A DNA stretch of 64,000 nucleotides. Source: Candidatus Hodarchaeota archaeon. GTDB lineage: Archaea > Asgardarchaeota > Lokiarchaeia > Sigyniarchaeales > SOKP01. Within the stretch, counting starts at the first letter, position 1, and every line of letters starts with the position of its first letter. The translations under genes and the position numbers were made by a program. Under the pieces are notes generated by a model. The model worked only from the letters and a program-made list of their open reading frames with translations. It was not told the origin of the DNA and did not search any database. The stretch is from the NCBI GenBank assembly GCA_048887225.1, contig JBHLJY010000003.1, forward strand, positions 160,001 to 224,000, given 5' to 3'. Below, piece after piece: positions 48,991-59,422 of the stretch.

Positions 48991-49425
48991 TTAAAACGAT
49001 ATTATCTTGAGATTTTCTTTAGAATCTGTTTGACCTTTTAAAATACAACTAAAAGCGCTTAAATTATTAAATTTTAATTTGCTATCTTTAGCAATTATAC
49101 AATTTTCTAACTCGAATTTATCACCTAGCACGACATTGTCAAATAAAATAGTATTAACTAATTCTGTGTAATTTCCTATTTCACAATTATTTCCAATGTA
49201 AACATTTGGACCTATAAGAACATCTTCTCCTATTTTTACATTAGAACCAAGATGAACAGGCTCAATAAAAGTTGGAAAATCACCGATATACTTATCAACA
49301 CAGTGTTGCCCTCTTAATTCATTTTTAATGAAATTTATTTGGCTCTCTCTAACTTTATCTGTATCGATCTTTTTTTCAGAAATTAGTTTTTCAATTTCTT
49401 CTAAACTCATTTTCATTGAATTCAT
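48991..49425 (-). CDS. Stand-alone left-handed beta-helix protein (resembles NDP-sugar pyrophosphorylase C-terminus)
   Basis: PVHLGSNVKIGEDVLIGPNVYIGNNCEIG hexapeptide repeats. Confidence 0.75.
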   Translation of the reverse strand: MNSMKMSLEEIEKLISEKKIDTDKVRESQINFIKNELRGQHCVDKYIGDFPTFIEPVHLGSNVKIGEDVLIGPNVYIGNNCEIGNYTELVNTILFDNVVLGDKFELENCIIAKDSKLKFNNLSAFSCILKGQTDSKENLKIISF

Positions 49426-49446
49426 ATTTATCTAATAGATAATTAA

Positions 49447-50163
49447 TTATAATCCTAAGATTTCAATTAATTGCTCAATATTTTCATCATATTTTGCGCT
49501 TGTTGTAATGACAAGAATATTAGGATTAAATTTCTTGGCATCCTTTATCATTTTTTCTACATTAGTGCCTAATCTTTCAGCCAGGTCTATTTTATTTATT
49601 ACCACCACGTCAGATATTTTAAACAGCATAGGATGTTTTTCAACTACCCATTCACCTTCTGTTGTCGAAACTACTACAACTCTTTTATCAGTTCCAAGAG
49701 AGAAATCTGATGGACAAATTAAGTTTCCAACATTTTCAATGAATATAGCATCGTAGTTTGTTAAATCTTTATTATTTATTATCTGATATATATGATAAGC
49801 ATTTAGCGCACATTCACGTCCCGTATTAATTTGAACCGTTTCAGCGTTATGTTTCTCGATTCGGTCTGCATCAACCCTAGTTGTAATATCTCCACATATG
49901 ACTAGAATTCTATATTTCGAAGATAATTTTTCACTTATTTTTTCTAAAATCGCTGTTTTACCTGCTCCAATTGCTCCGACAATATCATAAGATTTTATTT
50001 TATATTGTTTAAACTCTTTATTTATCTGTTCAGCAAGAAATTCGTTGCTTTTTTCAACTTCTTTTTTTGTTTCAATTACCAAATCCCTTATTTCTTCTCT
50101 AGCTAAATTAATACTTTCAAGTTCTCGAATTCTATGAATTTCTCTCTCGTCTTTATCTGACAT
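49447..50163 (-). CDS. hypB: Hydrogenase nickel incorporation GTPase
   Basis: GAIGAGKT, GDI....DA.RI, INTG.EC.L, ENVGNLICP..F.LG, EG....KHP..F, NKID. Confidence 0.92.
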   Translation of the reverse strand: MSDKDEREIHRIRELESINLAREEIRDLVIETKKEVEKSNEFLAEQINKEFKQYKIKSYDIVGAIGAGKTAILEKISEKLSSKYRILVICGDITTRVDADRIEKHNAETVQINTGRECALNAYHIYQIINNKDLTNYDAIFIENVGNLICPSDFSLGTDKRVVVVSTTEGEWVVEKHPMLFKISDVVVINKIDLAERLGTNVEKMIKDAKKFNPNILVITTSAKYDENIEQLIEILGL

Positions 50164-50279
50164 GTACTATAAATATAATGTTTTTATTTACAACTCTAAA
50201 AAAAATTATTATGTAAGTAAATTACAAATGAAAAAAAAAGATATTTAAAATTCAATAATGGGTAAATTTCTTTTGAATA

Positions 50280-51347
50280 TTAAAATCTCCTTTCTGCGAC
50301 AAAATCTAATAGACTATCAAAAAATTCTAATTCAGATTGATTGATGACGGATTTTAATTTATTCAAAGAGGATCTGGCTTCTTGTACAAAAGAATTTGCC
50401 AAAGTCCTACATGAATTTACTACATCTGCTTCAACGAAAAACTCTTTAACTTCTTGAACATCGTTACTTGTCATATCTTGTTTCTCAATTAATTTATTAA
50501 GCCGATTTTTTTTCTTGTTTTCCAATTTATTATATGCCTCTATTAATAGGCAAGTTTTTTTCCCTTCTCTTATATCTCCTTCAGTTGGTTTACCAGTTAT
50601 TTTTTCGTCGCCAAAGGTTCCCAAAATATCATCAATAATTTGAAATATAATTCCTAGGTTTATACCATAAGTAGATAAGAACTGTAAATATTTAGCATCT
50701 ACATTTGAATAATTTGCTCCTATTAAAATCGATTTTTCTAATAGAGCTCCTGTTTTAAGTGAAATCATTTTAATATAATCTTGAATATTTAATTTTTTTT
50801 GACTTACCATGTCTATTTCGATAAGGACTCCATCACTGATTTCTTTAAAAACTTCTTCATAGTAATTTATTGCTTTAAGATTTAGCTTGTGTTCAAATTC
50901 ATTGAAGATATATGCTTCTAATCCCATGAAAAATGCTGTGTCGCCACCTATTATTCCAATATTTGTACCAAAATCTTTAGCAACTATTTTTTTTAAATCA
51001 TATTTTTCGTAATATTTCCTAAATCTATAATGAAAAGCAGGTTTTCCTCTTCTGAAATCGTCTTTATCTATGATATCGTCATGAATTAAAGATGCGTTGT
51101 GTAAAAACTCTATTCCAACACTAGGGATTACAATTCTTTCATCGGTTTTCTTTTTGAATGAATTGTATGTAGCAATGCATAACAAAGGACGGATTCTTTT
51201 GCCCCCTGATAAAAAATAATCCTTTAGTGTTGAATAATAGTCTTTAAGAAATTGATTTTTAACACTTTCCAACTTTCGGTCATAAATTAATTTTATTGCG
51301 TCGTTTATTTTAGGTTTGTAATTTTTAATATATTCGGCAAATTTCAT
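50280..51347 (-). CDS. Trans-polyprenyl diphosphate synthase (IdsA/GGPPS family)
   Basis: GGKRIRP, ASLIHDDIID....RRG, KT, FQIIDDILG, GDIREGKKT. Confidence 0.95.
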   Translation of the reverse strand: MKFAEYIKNYKPKINDAIKLIYDRKLESVKNQFLKDYYSTLKDYFLSGGKRIRPLLCIATYNSFKKKTDERIVIPSVGIEFLHNASLIHDDIIDKDDFRRGKPAFHYRFRKYYEKYDLKKIVAKDFGTNIGIIGGDTAFFMGLEAYIFNEFEHKLNLKAINYYEEVFKEISDGVLIEIDMVSQKKLNIQDYIKMISLKTGALLEKSILIGANYSNVDAKYLQFLSTYGINLGIIFQIIDDILGTFGDEKITGKPTEGDIREGKKTCLLIEAYNKLENKKKNRLNKLIEKQDMTSNDVQEVKEFFVEADVVNSCRTLANSFVQEARSSLNKLKSVINQSELEFFDSLLDFVAERRF

Positions 51348-51358
51348 AAGATAATACC

Positions 51359-52480
51359 TTAATCTAATAGTTTCTTCATTATAATCTCAGAACTTCGATG
51401 CTTTTCCCACAACGACAAGAACTTTTTTAAGTTCTCGTCATTTTGAAATATTTTATCACGTGCTACTCTTTTAGCCTTTAACACTTTAAGAAATTTTCTA
51501 TCTAATAATCTCTCGTAGTGAATACCTAATTTATCTAATTTATCTCTTTTTTCACATGTCTTAATTGATTCAATAGCATATAGTCCAGACATCATAGCGT
51601 AAGGAATTCCTTTACCTGAGATAGGATCGACGATCCCGCCAGCGTCACCCACAGCAAATACATTATTATCGTAAAGTTTTGGTCTTAGACCAACAGGAAT
51701 TAAATGCGGTTTGAAAATTTCTGTTTTTGAGTTAACTAATGCTTCTTTTACAAATGGAAGTGAAGTAAATTTTTTGAATTCATTTCTTGAATTCTTAATT
51801 AAATTAATTTGATTGCCCCACCCTACTGTTATAGTTTCAGTTTTTGGAAATAACCAAGCATATCCAACAGGGATAAGATTTTCAATACCAAAAAACAAAT
51901 GAACAGTATCAACTCCTAAAATCTTATCAATATACGATTTCGTTGTTTTCATTTCTTTGGTAATTGTTAAAATTATGTTCTCTTTTTTAAAATAAGGCCA
52001 ATTTAATTTTTTTAATGTTTGAGAGGTAACACCATCAGCCGCAATTACATAGTTAGCTATATATACATCATTACTAGTTGTAATTTGGTAAAAATCATCA
52101 AGTTTATCAATATTAATTAATGGTTCTTTTTCTTTTAGTATTGCTCCACTCTCAACAGCCATATCTGTTAAGAATTTATCAAAAATATTTCGCCAAATAA
52201 CTGCACCTTTTCCTTTTTTAGAATAGTCTTCTCCGTCTACATGGTGCAATTCTAAAGATTCAATAACCCTTGCTATTTTCTCTTCTGGATAATTAACTTC
52301 TTCTACTAATTCCCATGCCATTGCCCCGCCACATGCTTTATATCTTCCATTTCCTCCAATAAGTTCTTTTTCAAGTAGTAATGTTTTATATCCATTTTCA
52401 GCTGCAGCTTTCGCAGCAAATGATCCGCCAGGACCAGCACCAACAACAATTATATCAAATATGTTGTCAATTTTTTCCAT
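51359..52480 (-). CDS. Geranylgeranyl reductase family flavoprotein
   Basis: GAGPGGS, KACGG, R..FD..L, AADG, GYAWLFP, GDAGG.VDP.SG.GI. Confidence 0.9.
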   Translation of the reverse strand: MEKIDNIFDIIVVGAGPGGSFAAKAAAENGYKTLLLEKELIGGNGRYKACGGAMAWELVEEVNYPEEKIARVIESLELHHVDGEDYSKKGKGAVIWRNIFDKFLTDMAVESGAILKEKEPLINIDKLDDFYQITTSNDVYIANYVIAADGVTSQTLKKLNWPYFKKENIILTITKEMKTTKSYIDKILGVDTVHLFFGIENLIPVGYAWLFPKTETITVGWGNQINLIKNSRNEFKKFTSLPFVKEALVNSKTEIFKPHLIPVGLRPKLYDNNVFAVGDAGGIVDPISGKGIPYAMMSGLYAIESIKTCEKRDKLDKLGIHYERLLDRKFLKVLKAKRVARDKIFQNDENLKKFLSLWEKHRSSEIIMKKLLD

Positions 52481-52667
52481 AATGAATCAAATTTGAAATT
52501 TATATATTATACTGTAAAAAACATTCTAATTTAAGCTATTTCAAATGGATTGAGAAAAGTAATAAATCCTAGTATTTTTAATTTTTTTCTTGTTTTATAA
52601 ATTAAATTAAATAATTATTTAATAAGACAAAAGAGATATTTTATTTTTAAAATGAGTTCAGAAAAAT

Positions 52668-54161
52668 ATGAAAAATGCTAATATTATTATTCATGTTATT
52701 TTTATTGGGAAGCCACAATGGGAAGCTGGCTGGCCATATATAGGCTATAATAATGAAAAATTGATACAATCAATACTCACCTATTTAAAAAAAAAGTTCC
52801 CTGATATTAATTTTAGTAATAATGAAATTGTTGGTATTTATAACGAGGAATTAGTTAAGAAAATCAAAGAAAATATATTAAAAGCAGATGGAGTAATAAT
52901 TTTTACAATAGGACATTATGGGTATCCAGGAATCATAAAGGCTGGAGTTGAATTTATCGAGATAGAAAAGCCAGGTATTCTAGCAAATTTGATATACGCT
53001 GGAGACCATACCTTTACAAAACTCTATGTTAGTATAAAAGAAAAAAATTATCGTTTTTATCCAATATCTTCTAAAAATATTGAAGATTTTGATAAGCCTA
53101 TTGAAATTTTGTATAATCTTTTACGACTTAGAGGTACTAATGTTTTAGTTTATGCTAGTGATAAAATTAAAATGGATTGGGAAGTAATTTTAGGATTATT
53201 TACTCCTGAAAGAAGGAAACTTTTAAAAACAAATCCAGAATTTATTGAACAAGTTGGAAAAATGAGTGGAGATGCGAGTTTTGAATTTTATACAGATACA
53301 ATAGGATTTGACCAAGCACATCAATGGAGAAAAGATGAGAACAAATATAGAGAAAATTTGAAAAAAATTTTTGACGTAGGGATGATAAGAGGAGATCCCG
53401 ATGAAATAGTTAAATATTATCAAACGGTAAATGAAGAACAAGCCAAAGAAATAGCCGATAAATGGATTAAAAATGCAAATAAAGTTGAGCCTACAGAAAA
53501 AACAATATTAAATTCCGCGAAATTATATCTGGTTTTTAAAAAAATCTTAATGGAAAGAAATTGTAAAATATTTGCTCCAGATTGTGGAACTTTTTTATTA
53601 ACAGGTAAATTACCAGCATATCCTTGTATGCCTTTTTTCGAGTTAAGCAAAGAGGGTTATTATGGTATCTGTGAATCTGATATGGATTGTGCTATGAGTT
53701 TTCTTTTTGGCTTATATTTAACGGATCGACCGGGATTTGTTTCAAATCATACACTAGATTCTGTAAATAATCAAATAACATATATGCACTGTGTGGCGCC
53801 AAGTAAATTATACGGAATTGATGGTCCTATAGTGGATTATGAAATTTTATATCATGGAGAGACTAATTATTTAGGAGCTTCTCCTTGTGTTAAATTCCCC
53901 ATTGGAGAAGTTGTTACGACCATAAAAATTAGTGTTTTTGAAAAGAAAATGGAAATCAGAACTGGTGAAATTGTTGATAATGTTACAAATAAAGGGGGTT
54001 GCATCTCAAAAATGCTTGTAAAAAGTGATGTCAAGAAAATCATTGATGATTATGATTGGGATACATTTGGTTGGCATAGAGTGACTTTTATAGGAAATTG
54101 GAAGGATGAGTTTACTATTGGTGCTAGACTATTAGGCCTAGAAATTGTTGATTTAGGATAA
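52668..54161 (+). CDS. L-fucose/L-arabinose isomerase-like protein
   Basis: YPCMPF, CESDMD, HCVAP, GWHRV motifs. Confidence 0.7.
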   Translation: MKNANIIIHVIFIGKPQWEAGWPYIGYNNEKLIQSILTYLKKKFPDINFSNNEIVGIYNEELVKKIKENILKADGVIIFTIGHYGYPGIIKAGVEFIEIEKPGILANLIYAGDHTFTKLYVSIKEKNYRFYPISSKNIEDFDKPIEILYNLLRLRGTNVLVYASDKIKMDWEVILGLFTPERRKLLKTNPEFIEQVGKMSGDASFEFYTDTIGFDQAHQWRKDENKYRENLKKIFDVGMIRGDPDEIVKYYQTVNEEQAKEIADKWIKNANKVEPTEKTILNSAKLYLVFKKILMERNCKIFAPDCGTFLLTGKLPAYPCMPFFELSKEGYYGICESDMDCAMSFLFGLYLTDRPGFVSNHTLDSVNNQITYMHCVAPSKLYGIDGPIVDYEILYHGETNYLGASPCVKFPIGEVVTTIKISVFEKKMEIRTGEIVDNVTNKGGCISKMLVKSDVKKIIDDYDWDTFGWHRVTFIGNWKDEFTIGARLLGLEIVDLG

Positions 54162-54231
54162 TATTACTTCACTCTATTATATAATTAGATCAAAAATTAT
54201 TTAAATTAAAAATGAGAAATAGATTATCACA

Positions 54232-55596
54232 ATGAGTGAGATTAATTTTAGCGAAAAAGAGCGGATACATTCCCGTAAAGGATATTTTCTATATTCGCTT
54301 GGTGGTGTAACATCAGCGCTTCCATATAATATGGTGGGTACATTTTTTGTTTTCTTCTACGTTGTAAAAGTGGGATTATCACTTGAGCTTGTTGGTCTTG
54401 TTTTCATATTATATGGATTATGGAATGCAATCAACGATCCTCTGTTTGGATATTATATGGATAAAAAAGTCACGAAATGGGGGCGTCGTGTACCTTATAT
54501 AATACTTGGAACAATTCCCCTTGCAGTAGGATTCATTATGATATGGTATGTTCCATGGACTTCTGAGATTTTAATTTTTTTTCATGCTTTTTTCATGTTA
54601 TTTTTATTCGACACGGGATTTACTTTGGCAATAACTGCTTGGGCAGCATTATACACTGAAATGTATGAGGAAGAAAAAGAACGAGCAACAGTAGTCGCCA
54701 TAAAAGATACAATTGCGTTTACCTCATCCTTAATAGGCATTATATTTCCTCCACTCATAGCTTCCGCAATTGGTTGGTCATATACCGGTTTAATTCTTGG
54801 AATTGTAATATCAATAACAATGTATCTCTCTCTTCTTGGAACTAAAGAAAGGAAAGAATATCAAATTGATGAACCATTACCTGTTATTCCAGCATTTAGA
54901 GAAACTCTAAAAAATAAACCATTTTTGATAATGGCTTTAACATATACCTTGATGGATTGTGTTTTCGCCATAACTTTGATTGGACTTCCTTTATATGCTA
55001 AATTTGTACTTAAGATGGATGAGGCTTTAATAGGATTTTCGGCTATTGGTATAGCATTAGGAACTCTTATGAGTATACCTTTTTGGAGATGGATCTATGC
55101 CAATAAAGGTCCGAAATATGGATTATTATTAGCAATTGGTATTTTTGCAGGGGGAATCTGGGCAGTTTTTCTTATAAGAGATTTCATTTTACTAGTATTT
55201 ATTACATTAATTCCAGGATTTGGGATAGGAGGGATTATTATGACAGAGGTACCGTTTAGTGCAGCTATAGATTATGATGAATTAATAACTGGAAAAAGAC
55301 GAGAGGCTACGTATAATGGAATATTAAGCTTAATAGCTAGATTAGCAATTGCTCTTTCGGGCTTAGCTTTAATAATTGTTCAATTCTTTTTTGGATTTGA
55401 AGCAGGAAGCGAATCTCAAACTCCATTAGCTCTACTTGGTTTAACATTATTAGTTTCATTAATTCCATTTATAATTGCTCTACTTGGTTTAATAGTTTTC
55501 AGCTCCTTTCCAATAAATTATAGAAGATTTAGTGAAATGCAAGAGGAATTAAAAAATCTCCACGAAAAAAGATTAGAAGAATTTAAAAAATACTAA
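54232..55596 (+). CDS. MFS transporter, glycoside-pentoside-hexuronide (MelB-like) family
   Basis: WNAINDPLFG..D...TKWGRR.PY, IDYDE..TG.RRE..Y; about 12 TM helices. Confidence 0.92.
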   Translation: MSEINFSEKERIHSRKGYFLYSLGGVTSALPYNMVGTFFVFFYVVKVGLSLELVGLVFILYGLWNAINDPLFGYYMDKKVTKWGRRVPYIILGTIPLAVGFIMIWYVPWTSEILIFFHAFFMLFLFDTGFTLAITAWAALYTEMYEEEKERATVVAIKDTIAFTSSLIGIIFPPLIASAIGWSYTGLILGIVISITMYLSLLGTKERKEYQIDEPLPVIPAFRETLKNKPFLIMALTYTLMDCVFAITLIGLPLYAKFVLKMDEALIGFSAIGIALGTLMSIPFWRWIYANKGPKYGLLLAIGIFAGGIWAVFLIRDFILLVFITLIPGFGIGGIIMTEVPFSAAIDYDELITGKRREATYNGILSLIARLAIALSGLALIIVQFFFGFEAGSESQTPLALLGLTLLVSLIPFIIALLGLIVFSSFPINYRRFSEMQEELKNLHEKRLEEFKKY

Positions 55597-55614
55597 AATA
55601 AAAATAAAATAAAT

Positions 55615-57135
55615 TCATTTTTGATTTAGTATTGAATGTCCTACCACACTCCACTGTGGCTTAATTCCTAACAAATCCAATAAAGTTGGAACTAAATCCG
55701 TAGTCTTGCAATAGTTAAGCAAGAAATTGGGAATAGTGGAGGATCCTCCAATAATCAACGGAACGGTCATGGATTTTTTAAGACCAATATCGTGGGAATA
55801 AACATGTGGATTTTTAGTTTTACCATGTTCGTATCCAAATCCATATTCGCCACATGTAGATATCATAATATCACAGGAGCGTGGATTTTTAAAATATCTT
55901 GGAATTTGGTCGATAAGAATTGGAAAATCAATGGAATAGGTTGCTCCTAACCACTCATTGATATTATGAAATTTATTATCCAATAGTTTGGCTGCCTCTT
56001 CATGAAGCTCATACCCAAATAAATCTTTAATATCAAAATTATATTTTGTTTTTTGCTCTTTTCCATGTCCGCTATATTCTATTTGCCCTTTTAATTCTTT
56101 AGATTTTTGATCCCTTAGAACAAGATGAATAATCCCATGATCTGGTGTATTTTCATCATCACGATAATACATTAATTTTGTTCCAGGAATTTTCCATAAA
56201 ACTTCAAATAAATTTAATTTTTTACTCCCCGTGCCACTTGTTTGAAAACTTAGCATTTGCTTTACTGTTGGATGATGATGCCATGAGTCTCCTGGAAAAT
56301 TAAAAAATCCAACTGATCCCATCTCGGCATCAAAATCTCCAGTTTTCTTCTTAGGTAGATATGGAGTCAAGCCTATCTCGGAAAAGAAAGGTTCTAAATT
56401 ATACATTTTTTCTGCTTTATAATTACCATGATCTGAAATAATACAAATTGCTGTATCTTCATAATAACCCTTGTCTTTAAGGGTTTTGATTAAAGAACCT
56501 AGATACATATCACAATCTAATAGTTCATGGATATATTCTGGGTGATTAAATCCTTTTTCATGCATAATTTCATCTGTTTTAGGTATATAGATGACTGTAA
56601 CCTTAGGAACCGCTTTATTTTGAAAATATTTTTCAGGAGTTATAAATGCTTTTTCAGCATTTCTGAAAATTCGCTCTGAAGTAAAATCTCTTGGAATTAC
56701 AATTTTAGAACCTCTATATACAACATTTAACGAGCTTAGAAAATTACCTTGATCAGCTTGTTCAAATATCGTTTTAACATTATCACCTAAATGGTTATTC
56801 AGTTTTCTTAGATAACGCCCGCTACTATAGTTGCAGATAAATGGTACTCTTTCTCCCACTGAAGGAGGATCTGTTCTTGCTACCCAATGATAGGTAGGAA
56901 TTCCAGATCCTTCTTTAGGGTAATATCCAGAATATGCTCCTGTAATTATATTTGAATAGCAAGGAAAGGTAATACTTGGAAAACTTGTGATACAATCTCT
57001 ACAAACAATTCCATTTTGAGCTATCTGAGCAATATTTGGAAGCTTTCCTTCATCCATTAATCCAAAAAGATGTTCGGACCTTAAATCATCTATTAAAATT
57101 ACTATAACTTGATTAATTCGAGCATTGCGACTCAA
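55615..57135 (-). CDS. Alkaline phosphatase superfamily nucleotide pyrophosphatase/phosphodiesterase
   Basis: ILIDDLR, FPSITFP (Thr nucleophile), DEIMH, ISDHG, SHD, D..PT. Confidence 0.88.
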   Translation of the reverse strand: MSRNARINQVIVILIDDLRSEHLFGLMDEGKLPNIAQIAQNGIVCRDCITSFPSITFPCYSNIITGAYSGYYPKEGSGIPTYHWVARTDPPSVGERVPFICNYSSGRYLRKLNNHLGDNVKTIFEQADQGNFLSSLNVVYRGSKIVIPRDFTSERIFRNAEKAFITPEKYFQNKAVPKVTVIYIPKTDEIMHEKGFNHPEYIHELLDCDMYLGSLIKTLKDKGYYEDTAICIISDHGNYKAEKMYNLEPFFSEIGLTPYLPKKKTGDFDAEMGSVGFFNFPGDSWHHHPTVKQMLSFQTSGTGSKKLNLFEVLWKIPGTKLMYYRDDENTPDHGIIHLVLRDQKSKELKGQIEYSGHGKEQKTKYNFDIKDLFGYELHEEAAKLLDNKFHNINEWLGATYSIDFPILIDQIPRYFKNPRSCDIMISTCGEYGFGYEHGKTKNPHVYSHDIGLKKSMTVPLIIGGSSTIPNFLLNYCKTTDLVPTLLDLLGIKPQWSVVGHSILNQK

Positions 57136-57292
57136 AAATAATTCAACTTATTTTCATTTCTTGCAATAATTTTAATAAAATAGAATAAGTAAAAAACTAC
57201 AGCTTTCTTATTTTTGTTTTAATATGAAAATTTTAATAAATAATAATTCTTAGAGAATTTTACAAATTATAATTAAAAGCTCATTTATTAAA

Positions 57293-58366
57293 ATGGAAAC
57301 TTCTCATCAAATATTTTTAAAAAATTCTAATGATATGTGCGAAGTCGTATCAGATACAGTAGATTTAATAATAACATCACCACCCTATCCCATGATAGAG
57401 ATATGGGATTCATTATTTTCATCAATTAACGAAGATATTAGAGAAGCACTTCAAGTTCAAGATAAAAATGGACAAAGAGCTTTTATATTAATGCACGATG
57501 AATTAAATAAAATATGGAAAGAATCAGTTCGAGTTTTAAAATCTGGAGGAATTATATGTATTAATATTGGAGATGCTACAAGAAAGATTAATAAATGCTT
57601 TCAATTGTTTCCAAATCATGTCAAAATCACTAATTTTTTTTTAAAAAATGGGTTTATTGCATTACCTTTCATTTTGTGGAGAAAACCAACTAATATTCCA
57701 ACTAAATTCTTAGGATCAGGAATGTTGCCTCCCAACGCCTATGTGACACTTGAACACGAATATATTTTAATTTTTAGAAAAGGAAATAATAAAAGAAAGA
57801 TTCCCCCGAAAATGAAACAAAGATATTATAGTGCTTATTTTTGGGAAGAGAGAAATAGTTGGTTTTCGGATGTATGGACAGATATAAGAGGAACATCTCA
57901 AAAATTAACCTATAATAATGGCCAGCAAAATAAATTAAGAGAAAGGTCAGCAGCTTTTCCATTAAAATTACCTTATAGGCTAATAAATATGTTTTCTATT
58001 TATGAGGACACAATTTTAGATCCATTTTTGGGAACTGGAACAACATCTCTAGCAGCAATGGCTTCAGCAAGGTCCTCCATTGGATATGAAATTAATCCCG
58101 AATTTATGGAATTGTTTAAAAGAAATGTAAGGGCAATAAAGGAATTAACTAGTTCCATCAATATTAGTAGGATAAGCCAACATATTGAATTTATTAAAAG
58201 ATATAAAAAGGATAGAAAAAAAGTTTATTATAACTCTATTAATTATAGATTTCCCGTCATTACGCAACAAGAAAAAAACATATTACTCTATTCTATAAAG
58301 AATTACAAAGAAAAAGGGAATAGATTTATCGTTAATCACGAAAAATTTGAATACAATCACAAATGA
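57293..58366 (+). CDS. DNA methyltransferase, beta class (probably N4-cytosine)
   Basis: ITSPPY (motif IV) precedes LDPFLGTGTT (motif I). Confidence 0.92.
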   Translation: METSHQIFLKNSNDMCEVVSDTVDLIITSPPYPMIEIWDSLFSSINEDIREALQVQDKNGQRAFILMHDELNKIWKESVRVLKSGGIICINIGDATRKINKCFQLFPNHVKITNFFLKNGFIALPFILWRKPTNIPTKFLGSGMLPPNAYVTLEHEYILIFRKGNNKRKIPPKMKQRYYSAYFWEERNSWFSDVWTDIRGTSQKLTYNNGQQNKLRERSAAFPLKLPYRLINMFSIYEDTILDPFLGTGTTSLAAMASARSSIGYEINPEFMELFKRNVRAIKELTSSINISRISQHIEFIKRYKKDRKKVYYNSINYRFPVITQQEKNILLYSIKNYKEKGNRFIVNHEKFEYNHK

Positions 58367-58438
58367 AAACGTTTTAAATCTTGTTTAATATCTTAAAAGA
58401 GATAATTTTTGAGAGAAATCCTACCTGCGCTTAGGTAA

Positions 58439-58482
58439 TTCATCAAATAACTTTCCATGACCGGGTTTTTTATTTGAATCAT
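58439..58482 (-). promoter_or_regulatory. Candidate eukaryote-like SECIS element in the 3' UTR
   Basis: AUGAU-UCAAAUAA-AAAAC-CCG-GUCA-UGG-AAAG-UUAUUUGA-UGAA: AUGAN/NGAN core, perfect 8-bp helix, unpaired adenines, apical mini-stem. Confidence 0.72.
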
Positions 58483-58492
58483 TATTTTGGAT

Positions 58493-59422
58493 TTATTCAT
58501 CACAATCTTGAGCTTGTTGGAGATTTATTTTTATGAATCCAGCTTCTTGAATATTTCGCTGCTCTGATTTCACCGACCTATTAACTTGATTTAAATATTT
58601 TATTGCATCTCTTTTACCATCTGTAATATTTCGAATTAACTCGTCCTTGTTTAATCCACCGCTAATTGTCAGTGCTGTTTGGAATGATTGTTCTGGTTCT
58701 AAGGTTTTAAATTCTATTTGAAGAGCTGAGAGGATTTCACCAGGCTCTTCTTGTAGTTTATTCGAGAGATTTAATTTATCATTATTAATTTTAAACTCTT
58801 TAGTTAAGATACTTTCATAGTAAGTTGGTTTAGATATTGTAGAAAATCCAGCATGAATCCCAGTATAATCGTATTGATAAATAATATCATGTTCTTCATC
58901 ATATCCAGCAGTATCATTATCAAATCCAGAGAGTCCATTAATGTCGAAATCGAATACAAAATACATTGAAAAATCTATTAAATTAAAATTAGAGTTATTC
59001 TTTAACGTAAAGTATGTATTCATATATGGTGCTTGTCCTCGACGGAGAAAAATGTCAAGATATAGCCGTATTCGATTCTGCTCTTTTTTTAATGTGATTG
59101 GCTCCAATTTATTTTCTTCGATTGTTTTTTTTATATATTCATTGATATCAAAATCTAAGGTAATTCTATCGATAGCAGTTCCTGTTCGGCTATTTACAAG
59201 CTGATAAATAGGGGTTGGCTCAATATTTTTTAATATTACAGGTAAGGTTCCTATAGATTCTCCTTTCAATTTAAAGCTAAACCAAGGTCCAGAAAGCGTT
59301 GGTTCCGTGAGATATAATAAGTATTTTTGTTTAAATGTGATTTGTTTTATTGAAAATCCCATAAGGTAGCCAGCCGTGTTTCAAGTTGCAAAGATCTCAT
59401 TAAATAATACCTTTAATACTAT
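58493..59422 (-). CDS. Candidate selenoprotein of unknown family (309 aa, Sec at codon 14; the ORF track gives only 58493-59362)
   Basis: AGGAGGT, 9 nt, ATA GTA TTA AAG GTA TTA TTT AAT GAG ATC TTT GCA ACT TGA AAC ACG GCT GGC TAC CTT ATG, in frame with the 289-aa ORF; SECIS-like hairpin downstream. Confidence 0.68.

Noticed and set aside
59347-59400. Out-of-frame ATG mini-ORF (MRSLQLETRLATLWDFQ) as the real or frameshifted N-terminus of the 58493 gene
   Set aside because: The strong SD is spaced for the ATA at 59422, and the in-frame TGA plus 3' SECIS explain the region without a frameshift; not fully excluded
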